A stretch of DNA of 64,000 nt from Terriglobia bacterium (GCA_028716525.1 JAQUPQ010000007.1:64196-128195); one strand, 5' to 3'; positions 32,434 through 42,268 are shown, numbered from the stretch's first letter. Numbers and translations are program-made. The notes: generated from the letters alone by a model not told the origin.

Positions 32434-33123
32434 ATGAAAAGACTTAGTCTGATTTTTCTGTTGTTGACTTTCTGTACAACGTTATTTGCCGGTGAAAGCC
32501 AACTTCAAAAGGCAACCAACGTTGTGAACGAGATCATGGGGACTCCCGACAAAGGTATTCCTGATGAGTTGCTGGAAAGGGCTGTGTGTGTCGGCATCGT
32601 TCCTTCGCAGGTGAAGTTCGCCTTTGGAGTTGGTGGCACTTATGGACGCGGTGTGCTGGTGTGCCGCAAGGGAGGAAACGGGGCGTGGAATGCCCCGTCC
32701 ATGTTCACCCTGGGCGCCGCGAGTGTGGGATTTCAGATCGGCGGTAAGGCAACCGACGTCGTCTTCCTCGTGATGAATCCTGAAGGTATGAAGAAACTGG
32801 TTCAGGACAGCGTCAAACTGGGCGCCGAATTATCCGTAGCGGCCGGCCCGGTGGGTCGTTCCGCCGAAGGCGCCACTGACGCCCAACTCCATGCTGAGAT
32901 TCTCAGCTACTCCCGGACCCGGGGATTGTTTGCCGGGGCCTCGCTCGATGGGGCCGTGGTCAAGCAAGATAGGGAAGACAACGAGAAGCTCTATGGACGC
33001 AAGGTGACCGCGAAAGAAATTCTGATCGACGGCACGGTGCGCGCTCCTCGGGCTGCTCGGGGCTTGAACAGCACACTGACCAAGCACTCCCCCAAGGGTG
33101 GACAAACGTTCGCCCGATTGTAA
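32434..33123 (+). CDS. SYLF (Ysc84-like) lipid-binding domain protein, secreted
   Basis: Signal peptide MKRLSLIFLLLTFCTTLFAG. Core …GIVPSQVKFAFGVGGTYGRGVLVCRKGGNGAWNAPSMFTLGAASVGFQIGG… is typical of the SYLF/DUF500 domain. Confidence 0.65.
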   Translation: MKRLSLIFLLLTFCTTLFAGESQLQKATNVVNEIMGTPDKGIPDELLERAVCVGIVPSQVKFAFGVGGTYGRGVLVCRKGGNGAWNAPSMFTLGAASVGFQIGGKATDVVFLVMNPEGMKKLVQDSVKLGAELSVAAGPVGRSAEGATDAQLHAEILSYSRTRGLFAGASLDGAVVKQDREDNEKLYGRKVTAKEILIDGTVRAPRAARGLNSTLTKHSPKGGQTFARL

Positions 33124-33560
33124 GGACTAACCAGGGCAGCAGGGCGATCGTCGACATCATCGACCTCGCCCTCTGACCTGGGCACGTTCGCGGCCTGCGG
33201 CCTTTCATCAAGTTGAGCACGGCCAATGACATGATCAGGTACCTCCCCCGCCCCCAAACGGTTCTTCCTCCGCTCGGGTGGGATCAGAGGTGCGGGAGGG
33301 CTGGAAATGAGAACCTCCAAAAAGGCGCACTTGAGAGGCATTATCTTCGGCCGTGTGTGAAAGTCCTGCCGATTTTGGCGGCCCTGCGCGAAAAGCAGGG
33401 GGATTGGTACATCGTCAGCCCTAAGAGTTGACTACACGGAATTCCCGGGGAATTCTTTGTTTGCATTGAACTCGCTCTGGGGAAGAAGTCGGCGTCAAGC
33501 ACTCCGGCTGATTGAAATCGCCGTCTGAATGGCGGCCAGTAAGAATAAGGAGAATGGATT

Positions 33561-35108
33561 ATGAGGGCTCAATGGATTTCCAGAATTCGTCGCGGCATGG
33601 GTGCGGCTTGTGTCACTTTTGTCTTTGCCGCCGTTGGAATGGCTTCTGATCGCGTGGCAGTGCCAGAGGGCACTGTAATCGAATTGCAGACGACTTCATC
33701 GCTCGATTCCAAGACTGCCCAGCAGGGCGATACCTTCTCGACAACCGTTGTGCGCTCGATCTATGTCGATGGCATTCTGGCTATCCCGCAGGCAAGCTCG
33801 GTCGATGGACGGGTGACGAACGCGAGGCCGGCTGTTCGAGATTCTCAGTCGGGTGTGATCGGCGTGGAGTTTTTTCGTTTGAGGCTTCCCGATGGAACCT
33901 CTTATGACCTTTCCGGCGGATTGACCAGCCTGAAGCCGGGTGAGCGTGGAGATAATTCGGGCCGCAATAACGTCTTCATCGGAGGAAGCGGGAAAACGGT
34001 CATTGGCGCGCTGGCCGGTGGTTTATTCGGTACGGGTTCCGGAATGCTCAACTCGTTGTTGTCGGCCGGGTCGGAGGCGCAACTGCCCGCAGGATCCAAC
34101 ATCGCGATGCAACTCGTGAACGCGATTACGATTACGCCGACCGATCCGCAAACTCAGGATCCAGACGAAACAAATCGTCGTACCGTCTATACCTCCACGA
34201 GGATGGTGCGGAGTGCCCAAACGGCGCTGCACGACCGGGATTTCTACAACGGATCCATTAATGGTCAACTGGACCGCCAGACTCGCCAAGCCCTCGCTGA
34301 TTTCCAAAGCCAAAACGGACAGCCGGTGACCGGCGATCTGGACCAGCAGACCGCTGCCCAGCTTGGATTGATCGGGAGCAACCAGGGTTCTGAATGGACC
34401 GATCGTCAGCTTGCCGCCTCGATTTACCGAAAGGCGCAATCGCTTCAGAAGAATTATGAGTCAAGCTTGGGAATTCAGGTCAACGACATCCGTGCGGGGT
34501 TGACCTCCGATCGACTACTGACCGAAGGGGATCTGGACCTCCTGCTCCAGGCCAATAGTTTCTCAAATGCCGCCGCTTGGTATCAGCAAGCTACTGCGAA
34601 TGCCCCCAATGTTGAAGGTCCCAGGATCGCCGCCCACATCCTCGAGAGCAGTGCCCAGCGAGTGGAAGCAGGTTTGCTGAGGACGCAACAAAATTCTCAG
34701 TTCAGGCAACAATGGGCAGGAATCCAGTCAGACTTAAATCGCGTGGGTGTCAACAACTCGGAGGACAACAACTCCGGGTCGGTTCCGGACTACAATTCCG
34801 GTCAGGCTTCGAGCACCGGTCATTTTCAATGGCAAGGATTGGTCGACGGAAGCGATAACATCCGATTGCATGGCTCTCGCGTGGACATGGCCCATTTGAC
34901 CGCGGGGCAAGTTCAGCAGGCCACCTATCAACTCTCATCAGCACTTCCGCTCAGTCCTGTCCAGGTCACCTTGCGCAAGGTCCGTGGAAGAGGCCAGATT
35001 CTTCTGTTGGAACAGCCGACCGCTTCCAATAACTACACCGCGGTGGTTCAAGTGAACGATCAGGACGCTTGGGGAAGTGCGTGGTATGAATTTACGCTTG
35101 ATTGGTAA
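33561..35108 (+). CDS. secreted protein with glycine-zipper segment and putative peptidoglycan-binding (PG_binding_1-like) domain
   Basis: Signal peptide. Gly-zipper VIGALAGGLFGTGSGM. ALHDRDFYNGSINGQLDRQTRQALADFQSQNGQPVTGDLDQQTAAQLGL resembles PG_binding_1. Confidence 0.5.
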   Translation: MRAQWISRIRRGMGAACVTFVFAAVGMASDRVAVPEGTVIELQTTSSLDSKTAQQGDTFSTTVVRSIYVDGILAIPQASSVDGRVTNARPAVRDSQSGVIGVEFFRLRLPDGTSYDLSGGLTSLKPGERGDNSGRNNVFIGGSGKTVIGALAGGLFGTGSGMLNSLLSAGSEAQLPAGSNIAMQLVNAITITPTDPQTQDPDETNRRTVYTSTRMVRSAQTALHDRDFYNGSINGQLDRQTRQALADFQSQNGQPVTGDLDQQTAAQLGLIGSNQGSEWTDRQLAASIYRKAQSLQKNYESSLGIQVNDIRAGLTSDRLLTEGDLDLLLQANSFSNAAAWYQQATANAPNVEGPRIAAHILESSAQRVEAGLLRTQQNSQFRQQWAGIQSDLNRVGVNNSEDNNSGSVPDYNSGQASSTGHFQWQGLVDGSDNIRLHGSRVDMAHLTAGQVQQATYQLSSALPLSPVQVTLRKVRGRGQILLLEQPTASNNYTAVVQVNDQDAWGSAWYEFTLDW

Positions 35109-35181
35109 GTTGAAACTTAATGCGCACGACCGCCGAGACCACGCCTGGGGCGTTTGACAGTGAGGGGAAAGGAAGACACAC

Positions 35182-35406
35182 ATGAACAAGTTTACTGTGG
35201 GGCTCGTCCTGTTGATTATCGGAGTGGCTCTGCTCCTGGTCGGCGGGATTTCCTATACAACTCAGGAAAAAACCCAGATAGGTCCGATCGCCATCGAGCA
35301 TCCGGAAGAGCATCACATTCCCTTCTCGCCCTTAGCGGGAGCGCTTCTGAGTTTGTCGGGTGGGGCTTTAATGCTTACCGGGCGCGGCAAAAGCCATCAA
35401 GAGTAA
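35182..35406 (+). CDS. small two-TM membrane protein
   Basis: MNKFTVGLVLLIIGVALLLVGGISYTTQ…LAGALLSLSGGALMLTGRGK. RBS-like GGGGAAAGGAAG upstream. Confidence 0.45.
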   Translation: MNKFTVGLVLLIIGVALLLVGGISYTTQEKTQIGPIAIEHPEEHHIPFSPLAGALLSLSGGALMLTGRGKSHQE

Positions 35407-35425
35407 CTTCACGCAAGAGAGAACG

Positions 35426-36340
35426 ATGGGCAAGACGATGAGGGGTTTCCTTCTTGTGCTGCTTTTCCTGTTCAGTGGCAGTTCCGTTCTTAAAGCGCAG
35501 ATGGACCCCTATTTCACTGCTATCAATTATCCTGTTCCGCAGGACACGTTGATGGTGATGCTGCTGTCGGACTTCCAGTCCGCGCGATCCAGCAACGATT
35601 TCTTCACCGGCATGGGTATGGTGCAGTATGGGCTCACACCCCGCTGGACGGTGGGGTTTATGGCGGAGGGGCAGAAAATCTTCGGTTTGCCTGCCACCTA
35701 CGGGGGGCTGCGGATCAATAGTTACTTTCGCGTTTTTCCAAACGACCACCTACTGAACTTCACCCTGTATGGCGAGTACGAAGGCCTAAATGGGGCGGCG
35801 TTGTACAAAATGGAGGTTGCCGGATTCGGCGGCGAAGACTTGAATGAGCCGCTGGCGCTGGCACGGCGTACGCCCGTCCGCACTTTCGAGCAACGAGCCA
35901 TCATGTATCATGATTGGGGTCGGGTTAACCTCACCTTCAATTTCATCAATGAGACTGGGCTGGAAAGCGGCGAGAACGACTTCGGCTATGCTTGGGGAGT
36001 GTTTCGGCAGGCTGCATCTATGGCCATGGAGACAGACAAAGACATGGCCGGAATGGGGGGAATGCCGGAAAAGAAAGCGCCTCCGGTGTTTTCATTTCAA
36101 CGGCTGGGCTATGGGCTCGAGATGATAGGGGCGCTCGGCAACACGGATCAATTCGGCTTCGACTGGCAACGTCAGCAGCACTATGTGGGTCCTGTCTTCA
36201 GCTATTCCGTATCGAAACACTGGACCGTTCGCGTCGAGCCGGCATTCGGACTCTCCAGCGTAAGCGATCCGTTTGCGCTGCGAATGGGGGTCGGATATTC
36301 GATCGATCACCTTCTGCATCGCCGATCACCGGCTCCGTGA
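35426..36340 (+). CDS. putative outer-membrane beta-barrel protein (hypothetical)
   Basis: Signal peptide MRGFLLVLLFLFSGSSVLKAQ. Alternating beta-strand-like pattern with aromatic-rich C-terminus. No family recognised. Confidence 0.4.
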   Translation: MGKTMRGFLLVLLFLFSGSSVLKAQMDPYFTAINYPVPQDTLMVMLLSDFQSARSSNDFFTGMGMVQYGLTPRWTVGFMAEGQKIFGLPATYGGLRINSYFRVFPNDHLLNFTLYGEYEGLNGAALYKMEVAGFGGEDLNEPLALARRTPVRTFEQRAIMYHDWGRVNLTFNFINETGLESGENDFGYAWGVFRQAASMAMETDKDMAGMGGMPEKKAPPVFSFQRLGYGLEMIGALGNTDQFGFDWQRQQHYVGPVFSYSVSKHWTVRVEPAFGLSSVSDPFALRMGVGYSIDHLLHRRSPAP

Positions 36341-36477
36341 AAGACGATGCGGGTTTGGGCTCTGTCCCGGCGGAGTTGAAACGAGCCGTGGTTGTCACAC
36401 TAGCACTGGTCCGGTTTTTATCAGCCATCAATGGGAGAACACCTGGGAGATGAAACAACAACAAAGGAGATGAGGCC

Positions 36478-36912
36478 ATGACAACGACAAAACTGCTGTT
36501 CATATCGATTTTCGCATTATTGCTAACGAGCTTTTACGGTGCGCCACTGCAAGCCCAAAACGCCATGCAAAGTTCCGGCATGGACATGAAGAACATGAAA
36601 TCAGAGATGGAGCAGATGCGTGCGCAGATGGAACAGATACAGACCCTGATGAAGGACACCATGGCCAAAATGGCGGCCGCCGATGCCGCCATGAAGAGCC
36701 ACATGGAAACGGAACAGGCCAGCATGAAGAGTCAGATGGAACTGCAGCAGGCCATGATTAACCATCTACAAACTATGACGGATCACATGCAGACTCACAT
36801 GCAGATGATGACTGACCGCATGGCCATGAAGCCGGATCCCATGGATGTTCACAAGAAAAGCGGGGCGACGAAGCAGAAAGATAAAAAGATGATGGATGAT
36901 CAGAAGAAATGA
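36478..36912 (+). CDS. secreted methionine-rich coiled-coil-like protein (MrpX-like candidate oxidant sink or metal binder)
   Basis: Signal peptide. About 25 Met in 144 aa with 3/4-residue spacing (MDMKNMKSEMEQMRAQMEQIQTLMKDTMAKM…HMQTHMQMMTDRMAM). Lys-rich tail. Confidence 0.6.
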   Translation: MTTTKLLFISIFALLLTSFYGAPLQAQNAMQSSGMDMKNMKSEMEQMRAQMEQIQTLMKDTMAKMAAADAAMKSHMETEQASMKSQMELQQAMINHLQTMTDHMQTHMQMMTDRMAMKPDPMDVHKKSGATKQKDKKMMDDQKK

Positions 36913-37041
36913 GTCTGACAGAGTCCCGTATTCTTCAAGCACACTTTTGCGGGTCGCAAACAGAGCAGAAGACGACAGGGCTGTGCCACCCGACGGGGAT
37001 TTTGCCGGCCCCCCCGATAAGTTCAGCTCTCATCAATTGGC

Positions 37042-37117
37042 CTGAGCAGTTTTGACCGAACCGGCGAGCCGTATTGGACTGACACGCGAATTGGCCAAGG
37101 GTATAAGAGGTGTAGCC
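37042..37117 (+). promoter_or_regulatory. copy 2 of the conserved promoter module
   Basis: CTGAGCAGTTTTGACCGAACCGGCGAGCCGTATTGGACTGACACGCGAATTGGCCAAGGGTATAAGAGGTGTAGCC. Lies 57 nt upstream of the DUF3309 gene. Confidence 0.7.
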
Positions 37118-37173
37118 CGCGATGGCGGCGGGGATCCGCGTGAAGCCGGTAGCACGGGGAGGAGAGAATCGAC

Positions 37174-37329
37174 ATGCTCGCAACTGTTTTGATCGTGGTG
37201 GTACTTTTGATGTTGGTGGGCGCACTGCCCAGATGGTCGCACAGCCGAAGCTGGGGTTATGGGCCCAGTGGAGGGCTGGGCCTGATTGTTGTGATTCTGA
37301 TGGTCCTGCTGCTCTTGGGGCGGCTTTAA
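37174..37329 (+). CDS. DUF3309 family small membrane protein
   Basis: MLATVLIVVVLLMLVGALPRWSHSRSWGYGPSGGLGLIVVILMVLLLLGRL (51 aa). RBS GGGGAGGAGAG. Absent from the ORF track because it is under 60 aa. Confidence 0.7.
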   Translation: MLATVLIVVVLLMLVGALPRWSHSRSWGYGPSGGLGLIVVILMVLLLLGRL

Positions 37330-37484
37330 AGGCCGGAATCTGGTCGGGCGCCTGCGAGTCCCGCTCACTTTAGGGGCTGCGCCGTTGCAGCTCTGACCGA
37401 GAAGCCGCAGGCGATACTCAACAGTGTATGACGGGGAGCGGATGCACAGGCGCCTCCCTCCAAAAACAAGGAGGTCAACAAGTC

Positions 37485-37676
37485 ATGCCTTTACTTCAAA
37501 TATTCTTGGTTCTGATCGTAGTAGGTGTTCTGCTCGGGCTGGTAAATCACTTCGTGCCCATGGCAGGGTCCATTAAGTCGATCTTGAATGCCCTTGTGGT
37601 CATTCTCGTGGTGGTGTGGCTCCTAAATATTTTTGGACTTTTCCATTCCATCTCCAGGATGCACCTGAGGTTGTGA
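37485..37676 (+). CDS. Thivi_2564-like small membrane protein
   Basis: MPLLQIFLVLIVVGVLLGLVNHFVPMAGSIKSILNALVVILVVVWLLNIFGLF. RBS AGGAGG upstream. Confidence 0.5.
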   Translation: MPLLQIFLVLIVVGVLLGLVNHFVPMAGSIKSILNALVVILVVVWLLNIFGLFHSISRMHLRL

Positions 37677-37838
37677 AAAAACATCAGCCGGCGACGGACG
37701 GAACAGCCCGTATGTTCGTCGGAAGCCTTTACAAGATTCACCGATGTTGCTTCGCTTGGACTTCTTCAATCACGGAGTATGCCTGTGTCGCTCATCGTGA
37801 AATTGAACTCTAAGCTCATTAGCGTCGAGGCAACCATG

Positions 37839-38450
37839 AGAATCATACTTAGATCGGCGGTATTCCCGGCTGCCTTGTTCCTGATGCTGGCCGGTTGCAG
37901 CGGAAAACCATCCGACGAGAGTTCGAAGAGTGAAAGCGCCAAGCCTCAGGCCACGCAGGCGGAAACCCAATCGACATCTCAGGGCACCTCGCCCGCCGCG
38001 AAAAAGGCGCCCGAGGAGTCCAAAGCGGTGACTCCTGAGCCGCTCCAGGGCCGCCCTTCGAAGGCTCTCCCGGTGCCGTCCGAAGAGAAATCCAAGACGG
38101 TGTCTGCCGAGCCGAAGAAGTTGCCTACTCAGGACGTCTTCATGTTGAGAGATTCACCACTCGGCGTAGTGAGGTTCGAGCACAAGCTTCACCAGGAACG
38201 GGCAGCACAGAAGTGCGAGACGTGCCATCATGCGTCCCGGGCGGAAAAGCCTGCCAAGGCGGCCCAGCAAAACTGCTTTGACTGCCACACGAAACCCCCT
38301 CAGCCGGGGATGAAAACGGGACGGCAGGCAGCGTTCCACAATCCCACGGCCCAGGCCGGCACCTGCATCGAATGCCACAGGATGCAAAACGCCCAGGGCA
38401 AAAAGGCGCCGACGAAGTGCATGGAATGCCACAAGAAGGAGAACACCTAG
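37839..38450 (+). CDS. tetraheme cytochrome c3-like lipoprotein
   Basis: Lipobox LAGC after MRIILRSAVFPAALFLM. Low-complexity S/E/K/A/P linker. Four CxxCH motifs (CETCH, CFDCH, CIECH, CMECH) within ~80 aa. Confidence 0.7.
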   Translation, partial: RIILRSAVFPAALFLMLAGCSGKPSDESSKSESAKPQATQAETQSTSQGTSPAAKKAPEESKAVTPEPLQGRPSKALPVPSEEKSKTVSAEPKKLPTQDVFMLRDSPLGVVRFEHKLHQERAAQKCETCHHASRAEKPAKAAQQNCFDCHTKPPQPGMKTGRQAAFHNPTAQAGTCIECHRMQNAQGKKAPTKCMECHKKENT

Positions 38451-38579
38451 TTCTATGTTTGATTGCTGTACCCTCGTCCGGAAAGATGTGGCTTTTCTGA
38501 GGGAGGCGTTGGGAAGTTGTCAAAACCAGATTACTCTTGCGATGACCGGTCGGTTTTGTGCAAGCATACGGAGGTTGTT

Positions 38580-39239
38580 ATGGCCCATCAGAAAAGTCAG
38601 CCGGCCGATTGGTCAGTCTTCTTGGCTGGGTTCCCCAGCGAGAAAACCGCTATCCAGTACGGCGCGAACCGCACGATCTTCTCGGAAGGAGAACCCGCGA
38701 ATTCCGTCTTTTACCTTCGAAAAGGCAAGGTGGATCTCGGCGTGACATCGAAGCATGGAAAAGCAGCGATCCTCGCCCATGTGGGCCCCGGTGAGTTCTT
38801 CGGCGAAGGATGTCTCGCCGGCCAGCGATTGCGCATCGCCACGGCTACCACGATGACCCATTGCAAGCTGGTCAGGATTGCCAAGCCGCTGATGGCGCGC
38901 CTGCTCCACGAACAACACGGTTTCTCGGAATTGTTCCTCACGCATCTGCTTTCACGCAACATCCGATCCAAAGTGGATCTCGTCGATCAGCTCTTCAACT
39001 CCACCCAGAAGCGTCTGGCTCGGACTCTCTTGCTGCTGGCTCATTTTGGCAAGGAGAGCCGGGCCGAAAGTGTACATCCCAGAATCAATCAGGAAGACCT
39101 GGCGCGAATGGTCGGCATATCTCGGTTGCGGATCAGTAATTTCATGAAGAAGTTCAAGAAGCTGGGCTATGTCGATTACACCGGCAGCGGTGGGTTGACG
39201 GTTCGTAGTGGCCTTTTGAGCGTGATCCTGCACGACTAG
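38580..39239 (+). CDS. Crp/Fnr family transcriptional regulator (paralog A)
   Basis: cNMP-binding-like beta-roll (…FYLRKGKVDLGVTSKHGKAAILAHVGPGEFFGEGCLAG…). C-terminal HTH EDLARMVGISRLRISNFMKKFKKLGYVDY. No N-terminal Cys cluster. Confidence 0.8.
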   Translation: MAHQKSQPADWSVFLAGFPSEKTAIQYGANRTIFSEGEPANSVFYLRKGKVDLGVTSKHGKAAILAHVGPGEFFGEGCLAGQRLRIATATTMTHCKLVRIAKPLMARLLHEQHGFSELFLTHLLSRNIRSKVDLVDQLFNSTQKRLARTLLLLAHFGKESRAESVHPRINQEDLARMVGISRLRISNFMKKFKKLGYVDYTGSGGLTVRSGLLSVILHD

Positions 39240-39668
39240 CCTCGATGTCGATCCCTCCGTAATCCCTGCCAGCCCCGCCCGACACACCGAAGAAAAAGGG
39301 ATTTGCGGGACCAAAGAAATTATCTAGCCGGGCCGTCTAGAAGTTCGGCGACCCGTCCGGACGCGTGATGTTCTAAGTGATTTGGCTGGCGTGGTCCTGC
39401 GCCTCGGGCGCCCGCTCCAAAAACTCCTTTGCGACGCACTGGGAGTGAATAACCGTGGCCATGTCGTGATGGCTCTTGTAACGCAGGAGGCAAACCAGTT
39501 CGGTGGCGAGCGCTACCTGTGCCAACAAAAGTATCCCCAGCCCCCACCACTAAGCAGAAACATCACCACAATAACGATCATTGGAGTCCCCACGTGACAT
39601 CTCACGGATCAAAGTGAAAGCATTGACGCCTGATAGAATCGCGAGATCAAAGCACCTTTCCTGGACTG

Positions 39669-40247
39669 CTATCTTCCTTCATCACTTGTAGCCGTGTGAG
39701 CGAGCGGCCTATCACCCCTGACGTAGTCGGCGCCGCCCTCTCCGGTTACCGAGATATCCTGTGCTCCGGTCCGCTCCAAGATGTCCTTGGCGCGCTTCGT
39801 CCACTTCGCATTGTCCGAATGCACGGACAGGAGGATTCCGCCCTCTTTGACCCGCACCTCGTAGCGCAGGGCCTTGTGTTTGGGGATTCCCATCCCAATC
39901 AGCGCGCCAGCGATTCCGCCCACGGCGCCACCTGCGCCAATCCCGGCAAGGACCGCCATGATGGGACCGGCGGCGATAAACGGACCTAAACCTGGTATCG
40001 CCAGGGCGCCGATTCCCACGAGCCATCCCAGTGTGCCACCCACCACCGCGCCGGTTCCGGCGCCTGCCGCAGCGCCCTGTGGCGCCTTGGTGCCTTTCTT
40101 GAGGGCAAAGTCCTTGGAGACTGCTTTTTCCGGAAACAGCACGGAAATATCCGTGTTTCGAAATCCGACCTCCTTCAAGACGTCGACGCCGTTCTCCACG
40201 GCGGCGTAGTTCGGGTAAATACCCAACACCGCTATTTTTGCTGCCAT
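39669..40247 (-). CDS. general stress protein 17M (YflT)-like protein with glycine-zipper membrane segment
   Basis: N-domain IAVLGIYPNYAAVENGVDVLKEVGFRNTDISVLF. Long Gly-zipper GTGAVVGGTLGWLVGIGALAIPGLGPFIAAGPIMAVLAGIGAGGAVGG. Repeated C-domain …GGILLSVHSDNAKWTKRAKDILERTGAQDISV. Confidence 0.55.
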   Translation of the reverse strand: MAAKIAVLGIYPNYAAVENGVDVLKEVGFRNTDISVLFPEKAVSKDFALKKGTKAPQGAAAGAGTGAVVGGTLGWLVGIGALAIPGLGPFIAAGPIMAVLAGIGAGGAVGGIAGALIGMGIPKHKALRYEVRVKEGGILLSVHSDNAKWTKRAKDILERTGAQDISVTGEGGADYVRGDRPLAHTATSDEGR

Positions 40248-40311
40248 GTTCGACTCTCCTTCTGGCGTTCGCCGGGCGACCAAGGGCGCCCCCGGCAACA
40301 TCCGCCTGTGT

Positions 40312-40386
40312 CTAAATTCGGGGCACTTCTTTTATAACCCCGGATAAATTGGATGTCAGTCCAGTAGCGCTCACACGTTTGGTCAG
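40312..40386 (-). promoter_or_regulatory. copy 5 of the conserved promoter module (minus strand)
   Basis: Reverse complement reads ATGAGCATTTCTGACCAAACGTGTGAGCGCTACTGGACTGACATCCAATTTATCCGGGGTTATAAAAGAAGTGCC. Lies ~65 nt upstream of the YflT-like gene start at 40247. Confidence 0.65.
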
Positions 40387-40688
40387 AAATGCTCATCGCC
40401 TTTAATCGGCGCAAATACGCGGCGGCTTCCCGTGCCGAGGCTGGTTGACAGAACCTGCGACAGCAGTTCCCAAGCACCCCACCGGACTCACCAACCTGCT
40501 CCATGGAAAGAAAAATCGGTGTGAGGAATCAATCGAGTGTTTCGATGATAATTTGCAGAGGCTTTGAGGAACAAAAGAGAACCAAAACACTTTTTGGCGG
40601 CTGGAGGTCTCTTGAAGGTGGCGTTGTTCACCGATGGTCTTTCTCGGGATCAGGCAGGCGGCGGAGCCGGTAAAAAATTCACAAACCG

Positions 40689-41132
40689 CTAGAAAGTTTC
40701 CGGCTCCGCCTCAGAGAGGGAGGGCTGGTGTTGCAGACTCGTGTTGGATTGACTTCCTAAAATATTCACCAAACTCAAAATTGAATGGCTGCCACAGGAG
40801 AGGCAGTGATCATTCCTGGCCCGGCTGATCATCTGACAGTCTTCGCACAGCACCGCATGGTCGAGCGGTATGAGGTCGACCGGCTCAGACGTCTTCGCGC
40901 GGCGGCGATGGCGCTCCGCGCTCCGCGCCTGGTCGATGACCTTGCGTCCGGCATCTCCCGCGATCAGCGCCATTGTTCTGGGCCATCGCGCCAGCATCTT
41001 GTCTGTCATGTCCTTCTCCTTCGTTCCCGTCTCGTGTACTGGATTGTTCGTCCAAAGATTTCGCTTTTTCCCGACACTTATACCGTTTGTGATTGGGTGT
41101 GTCAGTTCCACATTGACCACGTATCTGGTCAT
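40689..41132 (-). CDS. hypothetical small protein with C-terminal CxxC…CxxC zinc-ribbon
   Basis: …DHAVLCEDCQMISRARNDHCLSCGSHSIL…. True start uncertain (internal ATGs at 41009 and 40997). Confidence 0.3.
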   Translation of the reverse strand: MTRYVVNVELTHPITNGISVGKKRNLWTNNPVHETGTKEKDMTDKMLARWPRTMALIAGDAGRKVIDQARSAERHRRRAKTSEPVDLIPLDHAVLCEDCQMISRARNDHCLSCGSHSILSLVNILGSQSNTSLQHQPSLSEAEPETF

Positions 41133-41556
41133 AAATGTTCATCCCCTTTACGGAAGGCAAACACCCGGATGGGGTCCGCGGAAATTACGAAGGGCTCAAC
41201 AGGGAACAGGCGCGAGGGCAATCTGTGGGTAGCCGAAGAAGGCTTAATTTGGCGCTATTCACCCGTTGAAGGCAATGGGAGCGGAATTCGGATTTCTCAA
41301 AGCCGCTTCAGATTAGCAACTGCCATCATTGGATTCGGAAACGCGGTAGCGCGTGGCCCTAACAAGTTTCAGTAGTTACTCATTTTGAAAATTTCTTTGC
41401 CGGGGTGAGGGTGCCGCAAATTTATTTCAAAATGAGTCACTACCCAAAGCTCTCATTACGAGGAGCGCAGAGCACCGAACCCATCACGGAATGGAGGCCG
41501 GGTTTGCGGAGGATAAGGGCCGCAAAAATACTCGCATTCCCTACTGCGGGGATGCT

Positions 41557-41859
41557 TTAGCTTTGCAGATTCTTGCGCGGCGCCCTGACGTTCCAGACAT
41601 ACAGGAAGTTGGTATCGCTGGCGGTCGCAACTGTCCGCCCGGCTTTGCGGGTTGCGCGGTTCAGGGCTGAACGTACCTTCTCTTTGCTTTCCACCAATTC
41701 CGCCAAGGGCACTTTGATGGCTGAACCATCCTTCAGCTTGTCGAGATCCTTGAGGATGGTGGAGACAATCTGCCGGTGCTTTCCTTTTCGCCCTTGTGGA
41801 ACGTTGGCCTGAGTTATCGTCCTAAAATGGGCTGGAGTTTTGTCAGCCTGTGGACTCAT
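41557..41859 (-). CDS. hypothetical protein
   Basis: 100-aa ORF with no recognised family. Basic and Lys-rich. Confidence 0.3.
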   Translation of the reverse strand: MSPQADKTPAHFRTITQANVPQGRKGKHRQIVSTILKDLDKLKDGSAIKVPLAELVESKEKVRSALNRATRKAGRTVATASDTNFLYVWNVRAPRKNLQS

Positions 41860-42076
41860 ACCACCTCCGCAAATTTTTGACGTTAAATTTCCGTGACGCT
41901 ATCGTATCTCGACATGACAATAAAGTGCAAGTAAAACTTCGAACCACTAAAGGTTCTAGCCGACGCCCCCCCCACGGTGCAGATCGCTAGCCTAGGAACG
42001 CCGTTATTTCGGCCGATGCGGCGCCCTAAAGGGCTAGAAAAGATTTCAAAAAGAGTTAACCCGTAGCGGCTGTGAC

Positions 42077-42090
42077 TTGATAGTCTTCAA
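42077..42090 (+). promoter_or_regulatory. FNR/CRP-like inverted repeat TTGATagtcTTCAA upstream of the second Crp/Fnr gene
   Basis: TTGAT-N4-TTCAA (one mismatch to TTGAT-N4-ATCAA) at 42077-42090. Lies ~20 nt upstream of a small ORF and ~190 nt upstream of Crp/Fnr paralog B. Confidence 0.25.
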
Positions 42091-42112
42091 GCGGAACAAG
42101 AGAGGAAATGCA

Positions 42113-42268
42113 ATGTCAAAAACGAAAAAACCGAAAACTCATTTTCAGCAGGTTCCGCTGGAGATAGTCAAAGTTATCGCTGAACAAGAAATTCCGGACG
42201 ATAAATTGATGGGAAACAACGTGACCGTGAAACCTCCTCAAAAGAGGAAGAGCAGAAGGCTGTCATGA
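42113..42268 (+). CDS. small basic hypothetical protein (possible leader ORF)
   Basis: MSKTKKPKTHFQQVPLEIVKVIAEQEIPDDKLMGNNVTVKPPQKRKSRRLS. Its stop overlaps the start of the Crp/Fnr gene. Confidence 0.25.
   Translation: MSKTKKPKTHFQQVPLEIVKVIAEQEIPDDKLMGNNVTVKPPQKRKSRRLS

Noticed and set aside
39382-39597. 71-aa ORF in the convergent intergenic region between Crp/Fnr A and the YflT-like gene
   Set aside because: No recognisable features. Lies in a terminator-type region between convergent genes.
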